Positions 35,940 to 46,218 of a stretch of DNA of 64,000 bases are shown in pieces. The position numbers were made by a program, and so were the translations under genes. The stretch is from the NCBI GenBank assembly GCA_029865385.1, contig JAOUGX010000004.1, positions 110-64,109 on the forward strand, written 5' to 3'. This stretch comes from Gammaproteobacteria bacterium (GTDB taxonomy: Bacteria > Pseudomonadota > Gammaproteobacteria > Steroidobacterales > Woeseiaceae). The notes beneath the pieces were generated by a model. That model was not told the DNA's origin and did not search any database. It saw only the letters and a list, made by a program, of their open reading frames with translations. Every line of letters starts with the position of its first letter. Position 1 is the stretch's first letter.

Positions 35940-36706
35940 AGCGGATTCCCGGTCTCGCTGCGGTCGGTTGCATTGTCACGGATGCGCATGCTGCGCCGCA
36001 ACTCGAGCAGCACTTTGCGACTCTTCAGCTGCTTGCCGCCGAGATGATAGGCAATGATATCCCGCAGGAGTCGGCTGGCGCCCTGCAAGACCTCCGGGTC
36101 CGAGAAGTCCTGCCGGCCGATGGCGCGCAACAGCGCGCCACTGTAGGTCGCCGGACCATCGCGACGCGTCACCTGCACGGGCCCCTGCTCCACCAGGTAT
36201 TCGTAAAATTCTTCGTCTTGCAGTGCCTCAAGCGTTCGCGCATCGTGGTCGAGAATCGGCGCATAGCCCAGGATTCGCAGCAGTGACATCTCGAACTCTC
36301 TCAAGCACGCAGCCAGATCCGCACGATTGGCAAGACCCTGGATTGCATGGCCGTAAGCGGCAAAGATCTCCGGCTGTGGATCGTGACGGTGCAACAGGTA
36401 CAAAACCAGCTCATTGACGTAATAGCCGGCCAGCAGGGCATCGCCCGTCAGCGCGATCGGTCGATCGTGCATCTCCGCGCCCGTCAGGGTACCGAGGTCC
36501 GAGCGGATCACCCATGAGAACTGCAACGGCATGAAGGGCCGAAGTATTCCTTTGAGTTTGGATTTCGCCGATCGACTGCCCCGCGCAACCAGCGTTAGCC
36601 GTCCGTGATCCCGGCTGAGAATGTCGAGTAACTGGCTGGAATCACGGAATGGACGATGATGCAGCAGCCAGGCCGGCTGGTTCAATATTCGCTTGTTGTC
36701 TGTCAA
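35936..36706 (-). CDS. recO: DNA repair protein RecO
   Basis: 256 aa; [16 protein letters not shown] start; position era-recO-pdxJ with 4-nt overlaps. Confidence 0.9.
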   Translation of the reverse strand: MTDNKRILNQPAWLLHHRPFRDSSQLLDILSRDHGRLTLVARGSRSAKSKLKGILRPFMPLQFSWVIRSDLGTLTGAEMHDRPIALTGDALLAGYYVNELVLYLLHRHDPQPEIFAAYGHAIQGLANRADLAACLREFEMSLLRILGYAPILDHDARTLEALQDEEFYEYLVEQGPVQVTRRDGPATYSGALLRAIGRQDFSDPEVLQGASRLLRDIIAYHLGGKQLKSRKVLLELRRSMRIRDNATDRSETGNPL

Positions 36707-37611
36707 TCGCTGTTACCCGATGTGTCGAAACCGAGTCTTGCAAGCTCCCGCTCGCTGTCAGCCCAGTTTTCCTTAACGCGGACCCACAGCTCGATGTGCA
36801 CCGGGACCGCGAGCTGTTCTCTCAGTTCGAGACGCGCCGCCTGGCCGACTCGTTTGAGCATGCTGCCTCCCTTGCCGACGACGATACCCTTCTGGCTGTC
36901 TCTCTCGACCCAAATGACGGCATGAATTGTCACACCGCCTTCATCCCGCTTGAATTGCTCGATCTGCACTGTCAGCCCGTACGGTAATTCCTGTCGAAGA
37001 TTGAGGGTAAGCTTTTCGCGGACAATTTCGGCAGCGCGAAACTCGTCATTGCGATCCGAAATCATATCGTCCGGAAACAGCGGCGGCGAAACCGGCAAAT
37101 AACGTGGAATCAGACTGAGTAATGCATCGAGGTTATCGCGGCGCGTTGCGGAAATCGGTATCAGCTCCACAAAGCTGTGTCGCTTCGACATATCGCTGAT
37201 GTGCTGCAGAAGCGCATCTTTCGGTACCACATTATCGATCTTGTTCAGGAGTGCGATCGCGTTGACGGACGACTGACGGATTCGTTTCAATACGTCTTCG
37301 TCTTCTGCTGTGAATCGATTGGCTTCCGTTACAAAAAGAATCAGGTCTGCATCCGACAGCGCACTTGCTGCCGTTCGGTTCATAAGACGATTCATTGCTT
37401 TGCCCGCCTCCCGGTGAATGCCTGGCGTGTCTACAAACACAATCTGGCAATGTGGTGCCGAGTGAATAGCCAGAATACGGTGCCGGGTGGTTTGTGGTTT
37501 CGGCGTAACTATGCTGACTTTCCTGCCGACCAGTGCGTTGATCAGAGTGGATTTGCCGACATTCGGTCGGCCGACAACTGCAACGAATCCACACACATGG
37601 GTATTCGCCAC
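36703..37611 (-). CDS. era: GTPase Era
   Basis: GRPNVGKSTL G1, DTPG G3, KH domain at the C-terminus. Confidence 0.95.
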   Translation of the reverse strand: MANTHVCGFVAVVGRPNVGKSTLINALVGRKVSIVTPKPQTTRHRILAIHSAPHCQIVFVDTPGIHREAGKAMNRLMNRTAASALSDADLILFVTEANRFTAEDEDVLKRIRQSSVNAIALLNKIDNVVPKDALLQHISDMSKRHSFVELIPISATRRDNLDALLSLIPRYLPVSPPLFPDDMISDRNDEFRAAEIVREKLTLNLRQELPYGLTVQIEQFKRDEGGVTIHAVIWVERDSQKGIVVGKGGSMLKRVGQAARLELREQLAVPVHIELWVRVKENWADSERELARLGFDTSGNSD

Positions 37612-37614
37612 GTC

Positions 37615-38295
37615 TCAAGCCTCCGATTCGAGCATGGCCAGCATTTTCTCGGCCGCCTGCTGTTCGGCATCGCGGCGGGACCCGCCAATTCCGAGAGACC
37701 GCTTGCCATGTTCGGCAACGGTGCAACTGACTTCGAACATTTGTTGATGCGCCTTGCCGGTGATCTTTTCCATGTTGTACTCCGGTAGCGCCAGTTGCCG
37801 GCCCTGCAGGAACTCCTGCAGTGCTGTCTTCGGATCGCGCAGGTCATTCAGATTCGGCAGCGAATTCAGTCGCTCGCCATAAGCTGTGCAAATGAGTTTT
37901 TTTGCCGCTTCGAAGCCCGAATCGAGATAGACGGCACCGAACAGTGCTTCGAGTGCATCCGCGAGTATCGATTCGCGACGATGTCCACCGGTTTTCTTTT
38001 CGCCCGGGCCGAGGACAACGTAACGGCCGATGCCGAGCTCTGTGGCCAGTTCGGAGAGCGCAGAATCCTTCACAAGGTATGATCTCAGCCGGCTCAGGTC
38101 GCCTTCGTCCGCTTCGGGCCTCGCGTGGAAGATGATTTCCGAGATCACGGTATCCAGAACCGCATCGCCCAGGTACTCGAGCCTCTCGTTATTCCTGCCG
38201 GTTGCGCTTCGATGTGTCAGCGCATATCGCAGCAGCTCAACGTCGCGAAACTCGTAATTCAGCGATTTCTTCAGCCAGCGCGCCGCTTTGTCCAA
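37615..38295 (-). CDS. rnc: Ribonuclease III
   Basis: NERLEYLGDAVL signature and a dsRBD at the C-terminus. Confidence 0.95.
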   Translation of the reverse strand: MDKAARWLKKSLNYEFRDVELLRYALTHRSATGRNNERLEYLGDAVLDTVISEIIFHARPEADEGDLSRLRSYLVKDSALSELATELGIGRYVVLGPGEKKTGGHRRESILADALEALFGAVYLDSGFEAAKKLICTAYGERLNSLPNLNDLRDPKTALQEFLQGRQLALPEYNMEKITGKAHQQMFEVSCTVAEHGKRSLGIGGSRRDAEQQAAEKMLAMLESEA

Positions 38296-38384
38296 GGTGT
38301 CTGCTCACAGATTCGAATCCGACCGTAGCGGCCAGATCGTATGTTAGGGGCAGAAGGGCACGCAGGCAATGAGGCCCGCAGAAA

Positions 38385-38822
38385 TCAGCGACGAACCTGT
38401 ACTGATTTCTCGAAGCGGACCGTGAAGTAGATGTTGGAGATAAAGGGTGTCATATGGTCGTAGCTGACTTTTACAACGAAGCCATTACCCTCGGCTGTCA
38501 CCGTGACATCCCGTGCTGTTATCTCGCTGACGCTTTCCACGTCAAAGCGACGACTGATCGATTTCTTGATCGAATCCCTCGATGGATTCTGGCCGTCGAA
38601 CTCCTCCTCTACGCCGCTCAGTACACCGGCGACTTTCATGTAGTTCAGGTACACCGGAGTAAGGCGAATGCCGGCAAAAGCAAACAACCCTACAAAACAA
38701 ACCATCAACAATATGCCAACGGTGGTCATGCCGGCCTGACGAGCCAACTCGCGATGTGGCCGCATCTCAGCGGAATTGCGGCTGGCGACAACTACTTCAC
38801 CCAGGATTTTGCGGGCGTTCAT
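38385..38822 (-). CDS. DUF4845 domain-containing membrane protein
   Basis: Single TM (GILLMVCFVGLFAFAGIRLTPVYLNYMKV), located between lepB and rnc. Start uncertain (ATG 38822 or 38765); track start 38942 overlaps lepB. Confidence 0.65.
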   Translation of the reverse strand: MNARKILGEVVVASRNSAEMRPHRELARQAGMTTVGILLMVCFVGLFAFAGIRLTPVYLNYMKVAGVLSGVEEEFDGQNPSRDSIKKSISRRFDVESVSEITARDVTVTAEGNGFVVKVSYDHMTPFISNIYFTVRFEKSVQVRR

Positions 38823-38892
38823 GAAAATTTCTCCAACGTTCTGCTGCCGATCCTGCCCAATTTTAGCTTTGAAATCAGTGACTGGCACCACA

Positions 38893-39642
38893 TTATTGAA
38901 TCTTCGTACCGATCCGGCCCCAGTCGGGCCATTCGAGGCCATCCATGTGCATCCAGATCCGCACCGCCTCGCCGACCAGGTGGGTCTCCGGGATCGAACC
39001 GATATAGCGACTGTCCCGGCTGTTGTCCCGGTTATCGCCCATCATGAAAAAATGTCCCTCCTCAACCCGGTAAATGCCTTCCATTATTTTTCGTTGCGGA
39101 TCCGTGATCATGATCTCGTGCTCGCGGCCACCCAGAGTCTCGGTCAGGACCCTCGAAGCGGATACGGACTCCTTCAGTTGATGTGGAACTGGAACGCCAT
39201 TGACTGTCAGACGATGATTTGAATATTCGATCACGTCACCCGGAAGCCCGATCACGCGTTTAATGTAATTGACGTTCGGATCCGACGGCAGTCGAAACAC
39301 CACGACGTCACCGTGTTTCGGTTGCCCTGTCTCAATGATCTTTTTCTCGATTACCGGCAGTCGTAGTCCGTAGGAATACTTCTTGACGAAAATAAAGTCT
39401 CCCTGCAGCAATGTCGGCATCATCGAGCCCGAAGGAATTCGAAACGGTTCGAATACGAATGACCGGATCAACAATACAAAAAGCAGAACCGGAAAAAACG
39501 ATCGGCTGTACTCAATGGCGATTTCCAGACTTTGCGGTAAACCGTTTTCACGTCGCCTGCTGAAGTAGAATTTATCGAGTGCGATAACGGCGCCTGTAAA
39601 TGCCGTCAGCAAGGTCAAAATCAATGCCAGATTAATATTCAA
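38893..39642 (-). CDS. lepB: Signal peptidase I
   Basis: IPSGSMMPTL catalytic Ser box, GDNRDNSRDSRY box. Confidence 0.95.
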   Translation of the reverse strand: MNINLALILTLLTAFTGAVIALDKFYFSRRRENGLPQSLEIAIEYSRSFFPVLLFVLLIRSFVFEPFRIPSGSMMPTLLQGDFIFVKKYSYGLRLPVIEKKIIETGQPKHGDVVVFRLPSDPNVNYIKRVIGLPGDVIEYSNHRLTVNGVPVPHQLKESVSASRVLTETLGGREHEIMITDPQRKIMEGIYRVEEGHFFMMGDNRDNSRDSRYIGSIPETHLVGEAVRIWMHMDGLEWPDWGRIGTKIQ

Positions 39643-39651
39643 TTCTCGGTC

Positions 39652-41442
39652 TCACTTATCGGCTCTAAGTACTGCCAGAAAGGCTTCCTGCGGAATTTCC
39701 ACAGAGCCAATCTGTTTCATTCGTTTTTTGCCAGCCTTCTGTTTTTCCAACAGCTTGCGCTTTCGGGTTACATCGCCACCATAGCATTTCGCGGTAACAT
39801 TCTTACGCAGCGCCTTGACGTTGCTTCTCGCGATAACCTGGCTGCCAATCGCTGCCTGGATTGCTACGTCGAACATCTGGCGCGGAATGAGTTCGCGCAT
39901 TCTCTCGACCAGCTCTCGGCCGCGAGTGTTGGTATTCGCTCGATGCACAATAGATGACAGAGCATCGACTCGCTCCTGATTGATAAGCAAATCCAGTCGC
40001 ACCAGATCCGCCGCCTCGAACCGGACCATATGGTAATCAAAGGACGCGTATCCGCGGCTGACCGACTTCAGCCGGTCAAAAAAGTCGAGCACGACCTCGG
40101 CAAGCGGCATCTCGAATTCGAGCGACACCTGACTGCCGAGATAGCGTATGTGCTTCTGTACGCCTCGCTTTTCGATGCAAAGCTTCATCACGGCGCCAAC
40201 ATGCTTCTCGGGAAGCAGTATGTTCGCGGCGATAATCGGCTCGCGAAGTTCCGCGATCTGGTGTATCGGCGGGAGCTTCGAAGGATTGTCGACCAAAGTG
40301 ATTTCACCGTTCGTCTGCAAGACCTCGAAAACCACCGTCGGTGCCGTCGTAATCAGTTCGAGTCCGTACTCCCGCTCCAGCCGCTCCTGTACGATTTCCA
40401 TGTGCAACATGCCAAGAAATCCGCAACGAAACCCGAAACCCAGAGCAGCGGATGTCTCCGGCTCGAAGTGCAGCGCCGAGTCGTTCAGGCGAAGCTTCTG
40501 CAGCGCTTCGCGGAAACTCTCGTAATCATCCGACTGAATGGGGAACAATCCGGCGAAAACGCGCGGCTGCACCTGCTTGAATCCTGGTAACGGCTTTTCG
40601 CAAGGGCGCGATGCAAGTGTCAGGGTATCTCCGACCGGGGCGCCGTAGATGTCCTTGATTGCGGATATAACAAATCCGACCTCACCGGTTTTCAGTTCGC
40701 TTCGATCCTGCATTTTCGGCGTGAATGCGCCGACGCGATCCGCCAGATACGCCCGGTCCGTGGACATGACCTTGAATCTGGCGCCTTTTGCCAGGCTGCC
40801 ATTCATAACCCGGACGAGCGAAACCACTCCGACATACTTATCGAACCATGAGTCGACGATCAGAGCCTGCAAAGGTGCATCCGGATCGCCGCTCGGCGGT
40901 GGCACGATTCGAATCAGTTGCTCCAGCAGTTCCGGTACTCCCGCGCCCGTCTTGGCGCTGACACGGGTTGCCTGCTGCGCGTCGATGCCGATGACATCCT
41001 CGATTTCCCGAATGACTTTGTCCGGCTCTGCTGCCGGCAGGTCGATCTTGTTCAAAACAGGCAGGACTTCCAAGCCCTGATCGATTGCCGTGGCACAGTT
41101 CGCAACGCTTTGCGCCTCGACGCCCTGTGCCGCATCGACCACCAGCAATGCACCCTCGCAGGCTGCCAACGAGCGCGATACTTCGTAGGAAAAATCGACG
41201 TGTCCGGGCGTATCGATGAAATTGAGCTGGTAGTCCTGGCCATCCTTCGCGCGATAATTGAGCGACACGCTCTGCGCCTTGATCGTGATACCGCGTTCTC
41301 TCTCGATGTCCATCGAATCGAGCACCTGCTCGGACATTTCCCGATCCTGTAGACCACCGCACAGCTGGATGAATCGATCCGCAAGGGTCGACTTGCCATG
41401 ATCGATGTGCGCGATGATCGAAAAGTTTCGGATGTTTTTCAT
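39652..41442 (-). CDS. lepA: Elongation factor 4
   Basis: [20 protein letters not shown]; 596 aa; characteristic LepA C-terminus. Confidence 0.97.
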   Translation of the reverse strand: MKNIRNFSIIAHIDHGKSTLADRFIQLCGGLQDREMSEQVLDSMDIERERGITIKAQSVSLNYRAKDGQDYQLNFIDTPGHVDFSYEVSRSLAACEGALLVVDAAQGVEAQSVANCATAIDQGLEVLPVLNKIDLPAAEPDKVIREIEDVIGIDAQQATRVSAKTGAGVPELLEQLIRIVPPPSGDPDAPLQALIVDSWFDKYVGVVSLVRVMNGSLAKGARFKVMSTDRAYLADRVGAFTPKMQDRSELKTGEVGFVISAIKDIYGAPVGDTLTLASRPCEKPLPGFKQVQPRVFAGLFPIQSDDYESFREALQKLRLNDSALHFEPETSAALGFGFRCGFLGMLHMEIVQERLEREYGLELITTAPTVVFEVLQTNGEITLVDNPSKLPPIHQIAELREPIIAANILLPEKHVGAVMKLCIEKRGVQKHIRYLGSQVSLEFEMPLAEVVLDFFDRLKSVSRGYASFDYHMVRFEAADLVRLDLLINQERVDALSSIVHRANTNTRGRELVERMRELIPRQMFDVAIQAAIGSQVIARSNVKALRKNVTAKCYGGDVTRKRKLLEKQKAGKKRMKQIGSVEIPQEAFLAVLRADK

Positions 41443-41555
41443 GCTGTGCCGACAGACTCCGGGTCCATTATTCGAACGGCCCCGTCTGATTGTCTCGTGA
41501 TGCCTGGAATATCAGTGGGAATGAAGCAGCCGCGAAGTATATACGTTTCGCCGGT

Positions 41556-41819
41556 TCAGGACGCAGCCGGCGACGGCTGGTCTCCCGCCAGCGCCCGCCG
41601 CAATGCCTTGCGATCGAGCCGGTGTTGACAGACGTATCGTCCGTCGACCTCGACGACCGGGATACGGGACCCATAGGCACTTTTCCAGTCGGGCCGCGTC
41701 TCGACATCGATGACCTTCACCTGCCCGACGCCACGAACCAGTGGCAGCAACTCGTCCAGGAGTACCTCGCAGAGGTGGCAGCCGGGCCGGCTGTATACGC
41801 GGATCTGCGCCATCGTCAT
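41556..41819 (-). CDS. Glutaredoxin-like small protein (DUF836 type)
   Basis: IRVYSRPGCHLCEVLLDEL CxxC motif; 87 aa; ATGA overlap with the rseC stop. Confidence 0.75.
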   Translation of the reverse strand: MTMAQIRVYSRPGCHLCEVLLDELLPLVRGVGQVKVIDVETRPDWKSAYGSRIPVVEVDGRYVCQHRLDRKALRRALAGDQPSPAAS

Positions 41820-42253
41820 TCGCTGCCAGCGGTGCGTTCAGCCTGAAACCGCTGCAGACACTGGCTCCGACGCAGCAATTGACGGCCGCAAATCCAGCCC
41901 AGAATCAGCCCGGCCAGGGCCGCCACGATTGCGACCCCGTCCGCCAGACTGCCCAATGCGATCCTTGCCGCTCCGGGCAGCGACACCATTCCGGCAAGCG
42001 GCAGGCCGTATGCGCAAACGGCGGCGCGGAGAAGTTCGCTTGCGGGCATGGACAAAGCAACGAAATCGCCTGCGACGACCTGCAAACCGCGTTCGGGCGT
42101 AACCTCGATCTGCCGATCACGCGACGCAGCGGAAATCAACCCGGCCCCGCATCCCTTGCCTGCGGCACATCGCGGACAGGCAGATGCTGCAGAAATCGAA
42201 ACGAGGAGCCGCCCGTCATTAACCGCAAGAACTTGAGCGACGGGTCGATCCAT
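41816..42253 (-). CDS. rseC: RseC/MucC family (SoxR-reducing system) protein
   Basis: N-terminal Cys cluster ACPRCAAGKGCGAG plus two TM helices; follows rseB. Confidence 0.8.
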   Translation of the reverse strand: MDRPVAQVLAVNDGRLLVSISAASACPRCAAGKGCGAGLISAASRDRQIEVTPERGLQVVAGDFVALSMPASELLRAAVCAYGLPLAGMVSLPGAARIALGSLADGVAIVAALAGLILGWICGRQLLRRSQCLQRFQAERTAGSE

Positions 42254-42265
42254 AGCTGTTTCCGC

Positions 42266-43267
42266 CTAGCGCGTTTGACGCATTGAACTGGCTATGCGTT
42301 TTACGGTTTCCTGCGGCACTTCACCAACGGCGGTTATTCGGTAATCATCATAGACGGCGCTGTAGGAACTCGAGGAGCCGATTCTCGATCTTTCGGCCAC
42401 ATTATCCTGTGACTTTTTTCCGATGAATACAGAAACCGCCGCGAGGCCGTCGCTATAGACAATGTGCGTTACAGGCGCGATCGTGCCCGAAAGACTATCC
42501 GAAGTAGTGGATACGACGCCGAAACCGCCCGGAAGATCATCACTGATCCAGTCCGTTCGAACCGGAACAGGCTGTGCCTTGGCCGGCTCCGTATACCAGG
42601 TGAAGTCATCCAGACTCAACGAGGGCTCCAATGCATCGCTGGCAACGACCTCACCGAAGCGGATATCGGCAAATTTGATTTCCTCGATCAGCACCCCGTT
42701 CTGATCGACCAACTCGGTGCGCAACGGGAAGGCGGTCTGGCGATCGAGCCACAGGCGATGGCCGAAGCGAAACTGGTCATGGGGCCTTACGGCAACAAGC
42801 ACCGCGGGACGACCGGCGACGCGTTCTTCACGTACAACCGATAGATCGTAGTAAGCGCCGAAGCTGATGTCCCCGCCGGGTAAAGTGGAAAAGAGCGTAC
42901 TCTGGTTGTTCCACTGCTCGATCAATACTGATTTTCGATCGGGCAAAATGCAATGTACTTCGTTGCCAACGCGAATTATCTCGAGGCCGTTGCCTTCCTG
43001 GGTTACCAGTCGTTCATGAACGACGCCGTCGATGATTTTGTGCACAAGCTTCAGCGCTTCGGTCTTTCCGTTCTGGCGTCGGATGACCGTTCCCTCGTAA
43101 TCCATATTGGATACAACACGGGACATTCCGCGCAACCACTCGGCTGGCGCGGAATTATCCTGAGCCGCGGCCGCGAGTGCTGACAACAGCAAAACCCCAC
43201 TCAATGAAAACGTGCAGGGTAAGAATGCGATTTTTTTCGGAATTTTCGGCATCGGAAATTTCGGCAT
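42266..43267 (-). CDS. rseB: Sigma-E regulatory protein RseB/MucB
   Basis: 333 aa with a signal peptide and the expected position after the anti-sigma factor. Confidence 0.85.
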   Translation of the reverse strand: MPKFPMPKIPKKIAFLPCTFSLSGVLLLSALAAAAQDNSAPAEWLRGMSRVVSNMDYEGTVIRRQNGKTEALKLVHKIIDGVVHERLVTQEGNGLEIIRVGNEVHCILPDRKSVLIEQWNNQSTLFSTLPGGDISFGAYYDLSVVREERVAGRPAVLVAVRPHDQFRFGHRLWLDRQTAFPLRTELVDQNGVLIEEIKFADIRFGEVVASDALEPSLSLDDFTWYTEPAKAQPVPVRTDWISDDLPGGFGVVSTTSDSLSGTIAPVTHIVYSDGLAAVSVFIGKKSQDNVAERSRIGSSSSYSAVYDDYRITAVGEVPQETVKRIASSMRQTR

Positions 43268-43275
43268 TAAGCGCT

Positions 43276-43953
43276 TTAATCTGCCTGAGATTCTCCGTCG
43301 ACCGATGTCCCGTCAAGTCGCAGGTCCGGCTGGCCGTCGGGTCGATTCGCGGAACCGGCGGCAGCGGAACTCCCCTGCTTTTTGTCCGGACTTACTACAA
43401 CCAATTCGCCATCCTGCAGCTCCAGTGTAACGAGCCGCGTGATAATACCATTGCCGCCGAAGTCCGCCGAACTCGCAGAATGCCGCCGGTACATTTGCCG
43501 CAACTCCTCGGACACGACCTCCTCATCGGCGCCGAACGCTGCCGGCTGTGTAATGGCTGTGGCAGCCTCGATGCTGGCCACTGCGGACGTACTCGCCGAA
43601 TCACCCGATTCCGGCAAAACAGACTGCCTGAGGCCAACCACGGCAAGCACAGCGACCGATGCAGCGACCGCGAAACCCAGCGTCGGTTTCAGAAACCGTG
43701 ATTTGGCAGCGACCGCCGGCTGTTCCGCGACGAGCACGTCCTCGCCAAGGGCATTGGCAATTCGTCCGCGCAGTCCGTCCATGCCCGGCAATTCCGCGTC
43801 GCGTCGGATATACCGGCCGATGGCAAGGTATGTGGCAACCTGTTCCCGCATTGCCGCATCCTGATTCAGGCGACGCAGCAACAACTCGGCCTCGTTCTCC
43901 GGCAACTCGCCGTCGATAAGAGCCGAGATCTGCGTTTTCAAAGCATCATTCAT
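43276..43953 (-). CDS. rseA: Anti-sigma-E factor RseA/MucA
   Basis: MNDALKTQISALIDGELPENE N-terminus and a central TM segment. Confidence 0.85.
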   Translation of the reverse strand: MNDALKTQISALIDGELPENEAELLLRRLNQDAAMREQVATYLAIGRYIRRDAELPGMDGLRGRIANALGEDVLVAEQPAVAAKSRFLKPTLGFAVAASVAVLAVVGLRQSVLPESGDSASTSAVASIEAATAITQPAAFGADEEVVSEELRQMYRRHSASSADFGGNGIITRLVTLELQDGELVVVSPDKKQGSSAAAGSANRPDGQPDLRLDGTSVDGESQAD

Positions 43954-44024
43954 ATTTCACCCAAGAGGGAACATGCCCTCAAACAATATTCGGGCTGGCT
44001 GTCATCCGCCAACCCCCGTATCAA

Positions 44025-44600
44025 CTAGTCGACCAGGTGACCAATCTTTTTCGCGATTGCATCCCGGGCCCTGAATATTCGCGACCGAACGGTACCCACC
44101 GGGCAATCCATGGTCTGTGCAATTTCTTCGTAACTCATGCCATCCAGCTCGCGCAGCACGATCGCCGTTCGCAAATCGTCGGGCAAGGCCGCAATCGCCC
44201 GCTCCACGGCTTCGTGAAGCTCACGGCCCATTGTCACACCCTCGGGGGTATCCGTTTCCCTGAGTTTTGCGTGCAAATCAAATTGTTCCGGATCCTGCAG
44301 ATCCAGTTCGACGTCCATCGGCCGGCGCCGTTGTGCGGCAAGGTAGTTCTTGGCCGTATTCACAGCAATCCTGTACAACCAGGTATAGAAGGCGCTATCG
44401 CCCCGAAAACGCGGTAACGCCCGGTAGGCCTTGAGAAACGCCTCCTGGGTAATATCCAAAGCCTGATCGGGATCCCGCACATATCTCATCACCAGATTGA
44501 CAATCTTGTGCTGATATTTGAGCACAAGGAGGTCGAACGCGCCCTTTTCACCTTTCTGTACCCGCCGGACCAGCTGGGCATCCGACCACTCAGTCGCCAT
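44025..44600 (-). CDS. rpoE: RNA polymerase sigma-E (sigma-24) factor
   Basis: MATEWSDAQLVRRVQKGEKGAFDLLVLKYQHKI; ECF regions 2 and 4. Track start 44642 falls inside the putative promoter region and was trimmed. Confidence 0.93.
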   Translation of the reverse strand: MATEWSDAQLVRRVQKGEKGAFDLLVLKYQHKIVNLVMRYVRDPDQALDITQEAFLKAYRALPRFRGDSAFYTWLYRIAVNTAKNYLAAQRRRPMDVELDLQDPEQFDLHAKLRETDTPEGVTMGRELHEAVERAIAALPDDLRTAIVLRELDGMSYEEIAQTMDCPVGTVRSRIFRARDAIAKKIGHLVD

Positions 44601-44646
44601 GGGGCCAGGCCCTGCCGGCACGCCGGCACGGCCGGTCGCCACCCGG

Positions 44647-44673
44647 GTAGACCGGGGACGATGCCGAAAGTTC
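44647..44673 (-). promoter_or_regulatory. Putative sigma-E-dependent (autoregulated) rpoE promoter
   Basis: The minus strand reads GAACTT-N16-TCTAC about 45 nt upstream of the rpoE ATG. The consensus recalled is GGAACTT-N16-TCnaA (AlgU: GAACTT-N16/17-TCtgA). Confidence 0.45.
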
Positions 44674-44752
44674 TGCGATTTGAGGGGTATCCATTGGCTT
44701 TTGTTGGCTTTAATCCGGGTTCTTGCGCCAGGTCACAGAAATGGTATCAGCT

Positions 44753-45205
44753 TCAATCCATGCGACCAACGTGAGCTCCATTTTGCCGCCACATCAGCTG
44801 AAGCCAATGCCAGCTGTCGCTGTCCCCGCCGTCCCCGACCAGGAGCTCCGCGTAACACTGACCATTCGCCAACCGCAGTCTCAACCATGCCATGCGCTGC
44901 AGGACGAAACTGCCGCCCACCAACTCTGCCGGGCATCGCCGACCTGCCGTATCGATTGTTTCGATAAAACCTTCCTTATCTATGCGAATCGCAGCGACCT
45001 TCCGGTAGCCATGCCACTGCGCGGCAGATTCATGCCAGGCCAGACAGAGCCACGACCCCAGCAGCAACGCGGTTATCCCAGCTGGTGTTGGCAGGCCAAG
45101 GATCAGCGTGGCTCCGGCCATGTGCAGCACAGCGCCGCAGGCAAGCACTGCCTGGCGCAGCCGCCTATGCGGGCGAAGTTCGCGTGCGTATGGATTCCAC
45201 GACAT
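44753..45205 (-). CDS. YgfX/CptA-like (DUF1434) inner-membrane protein
   Basis: Two TM helices, then WLRLRLANGQCYAELLV...WHWLQLMWR, resembling E. coli YgfX. Immediately follows sdhE. An alternative GTG start at 45148 would avoid the 41-nt overlap. Confidence 0.65.
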   Translation of the reverse strand: MSWNPYARELRPHRRLRQAVLACGAVLHMAGATLILGLPTPAGITALLLGSWLCLAWHESAAQWHGYRKVAAIRIDKEGFIETIDTAGRRCPAELVGGSFVLQRMAWLRLRLANGQCYAELLVGDGGDSDSWHWLQLMWRQNGAHVGRMD

Positions 45206-45407
45206 CGGCAAGTGACGAATCTGCGGGCCTTTCTTCGCCCAGCAGATAAGCAATCAGCTGCGGATCCTGCAATTCCAGAAGTGCACAAAAAGCCGACTTT
45301 TGGCTGTCTTCTGCCGTTTCGTAGCAAGCATCGAACCAGCCAAGAAGCAGCTGGTCCAGCTCGCGCGTCCCGCGTCGGCACTGCCAGCGAATTCGCGACA
45401 GGCTCAC
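45165..45407 (-). CDS. sdhE: FAD assembly factor SdhE (SDHAF2 family)
   Basis: RIRWQCRRGTRELD (RGxxE motif); about 80 aa from GTG 45407. Track start 45464 overlaps sdhB. Confidence 0.8.
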   Translation of the reverse strand: MSLSRIRWQCRRGTRELDQLLLGWFDACYETAEDSQKSAFCALLELQDPQLIAYLLGEERPADSSLADVVESIRTRTSPA

Positions 45408-45423
45408 GTCCCGGCGATCCGGC

Positions 45424-46206
45424 TCAATGGCGTCTTTCGACCAGCATTTTCTTGGTTTCCGCAATCGCCCGAGCGGGATTCAGTCCTTTCGGACAGGTCT
45501 GGGTGCAGTTCATTATCGTGTGGCAGCGATACAGCCGAAACGGGTCTTCGAGATCATCGAGGCGTTCGCCGGTCGCCTCATCCCGGCTGTCGACAAGCCA
45601 ACGGTAGGCAGCCAACAGCGCAGCCGGTCCGAGGTATCGGTCGCTGTTCCACCAGTAACTCGGACAACTCGTCGAACAGCAGGCGCACAGTATGCAGGCA
45701 GCGGGTTCATCGATTCGTTCCTGCTCCGCCTTGCTTTGCAGGCGCTCGCGATCCGGCGGCGCGGGAGTCCGCGATTGCAGCCACGGTTTGATCGAAGCGT
45801 ACTGTGCATAAAAATTCGTAAGATCCGGCACAAGGTCTTTGACAACCGGCATATGAGGAAGCGGATAGATCCTGACGTCGCCGCGCACGCTGTCCGAGGC
45901 AATCGTGCATGCGAGTGTGTTCGCTCCGTCGATGTTCATCGCACAGGAGCCGCAGATTCCTTCCCGGCACGAACGACGAAACGTCAGCGTCGGATCGATC
46001 TCGTTCTTGATCTTGATCAATGCGTCCAGAACCATCGGGCCGCAACTGTCCATATCGACATCGTAAGTGTCGACCCGCGGATTCTCGCCGCCGTCGGGAT
46101 CGTAACGGTAAACTGCAAATCGACGGACGTTTTTCAGCCCGCTTGCGGCAGCAAAATGCTGTCCCTTCCGGATTCTGGAATTCGGTGGAAGGCGAAACTC
46201 AGCCAA
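45424..46206 (-). CDS. sdhB: Succinate dehydrogenase iron-sulfur subunit
   Basis: [41 protein letters not shown]. Confidence 0.97.
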   Translation of the reverse strand: MAEFRLPPNSRIRKGQHFAAASGLKNVRRFAVYRYDPDGGENPRVDTYDVDMDSCGPMVLDALIKIKNEIDPTLTFRRSCREGICGSCAMNIDGANTLACTIASDSVRGDVRIYPLPHMPVVKDLVPDLTNFYAQYASIKPWLQSRTPAPPDRERLQSKAEQERIDEPAACILCACCSTSCPSYWWNSDRYLGPAALLAAYRWLVDSRDEATGERLDDLEDPFRLYRCHTIMNCTQTCPKGLNPARAIAETKKMLVERRH

Positions 46207-46218
46207 AGGTCGTCTCCT

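Noticed and set aside
38308-38325. tRNA T-loop-like string AGATTCGAATCCG between rnc and the DUF4845 gene
   Set aside because: The flanking bases do not form a T-stem, and no acceptor or anticodon arms can be drawn.
44601-44642. Longer rpoE start (MATGRAGVPAGPGP...)
   Set aside because: The extension reaches into the sigma-E promoter/5' UTR region, about 5 nt from the -10 element. ECF homology starts near ATG 44600.
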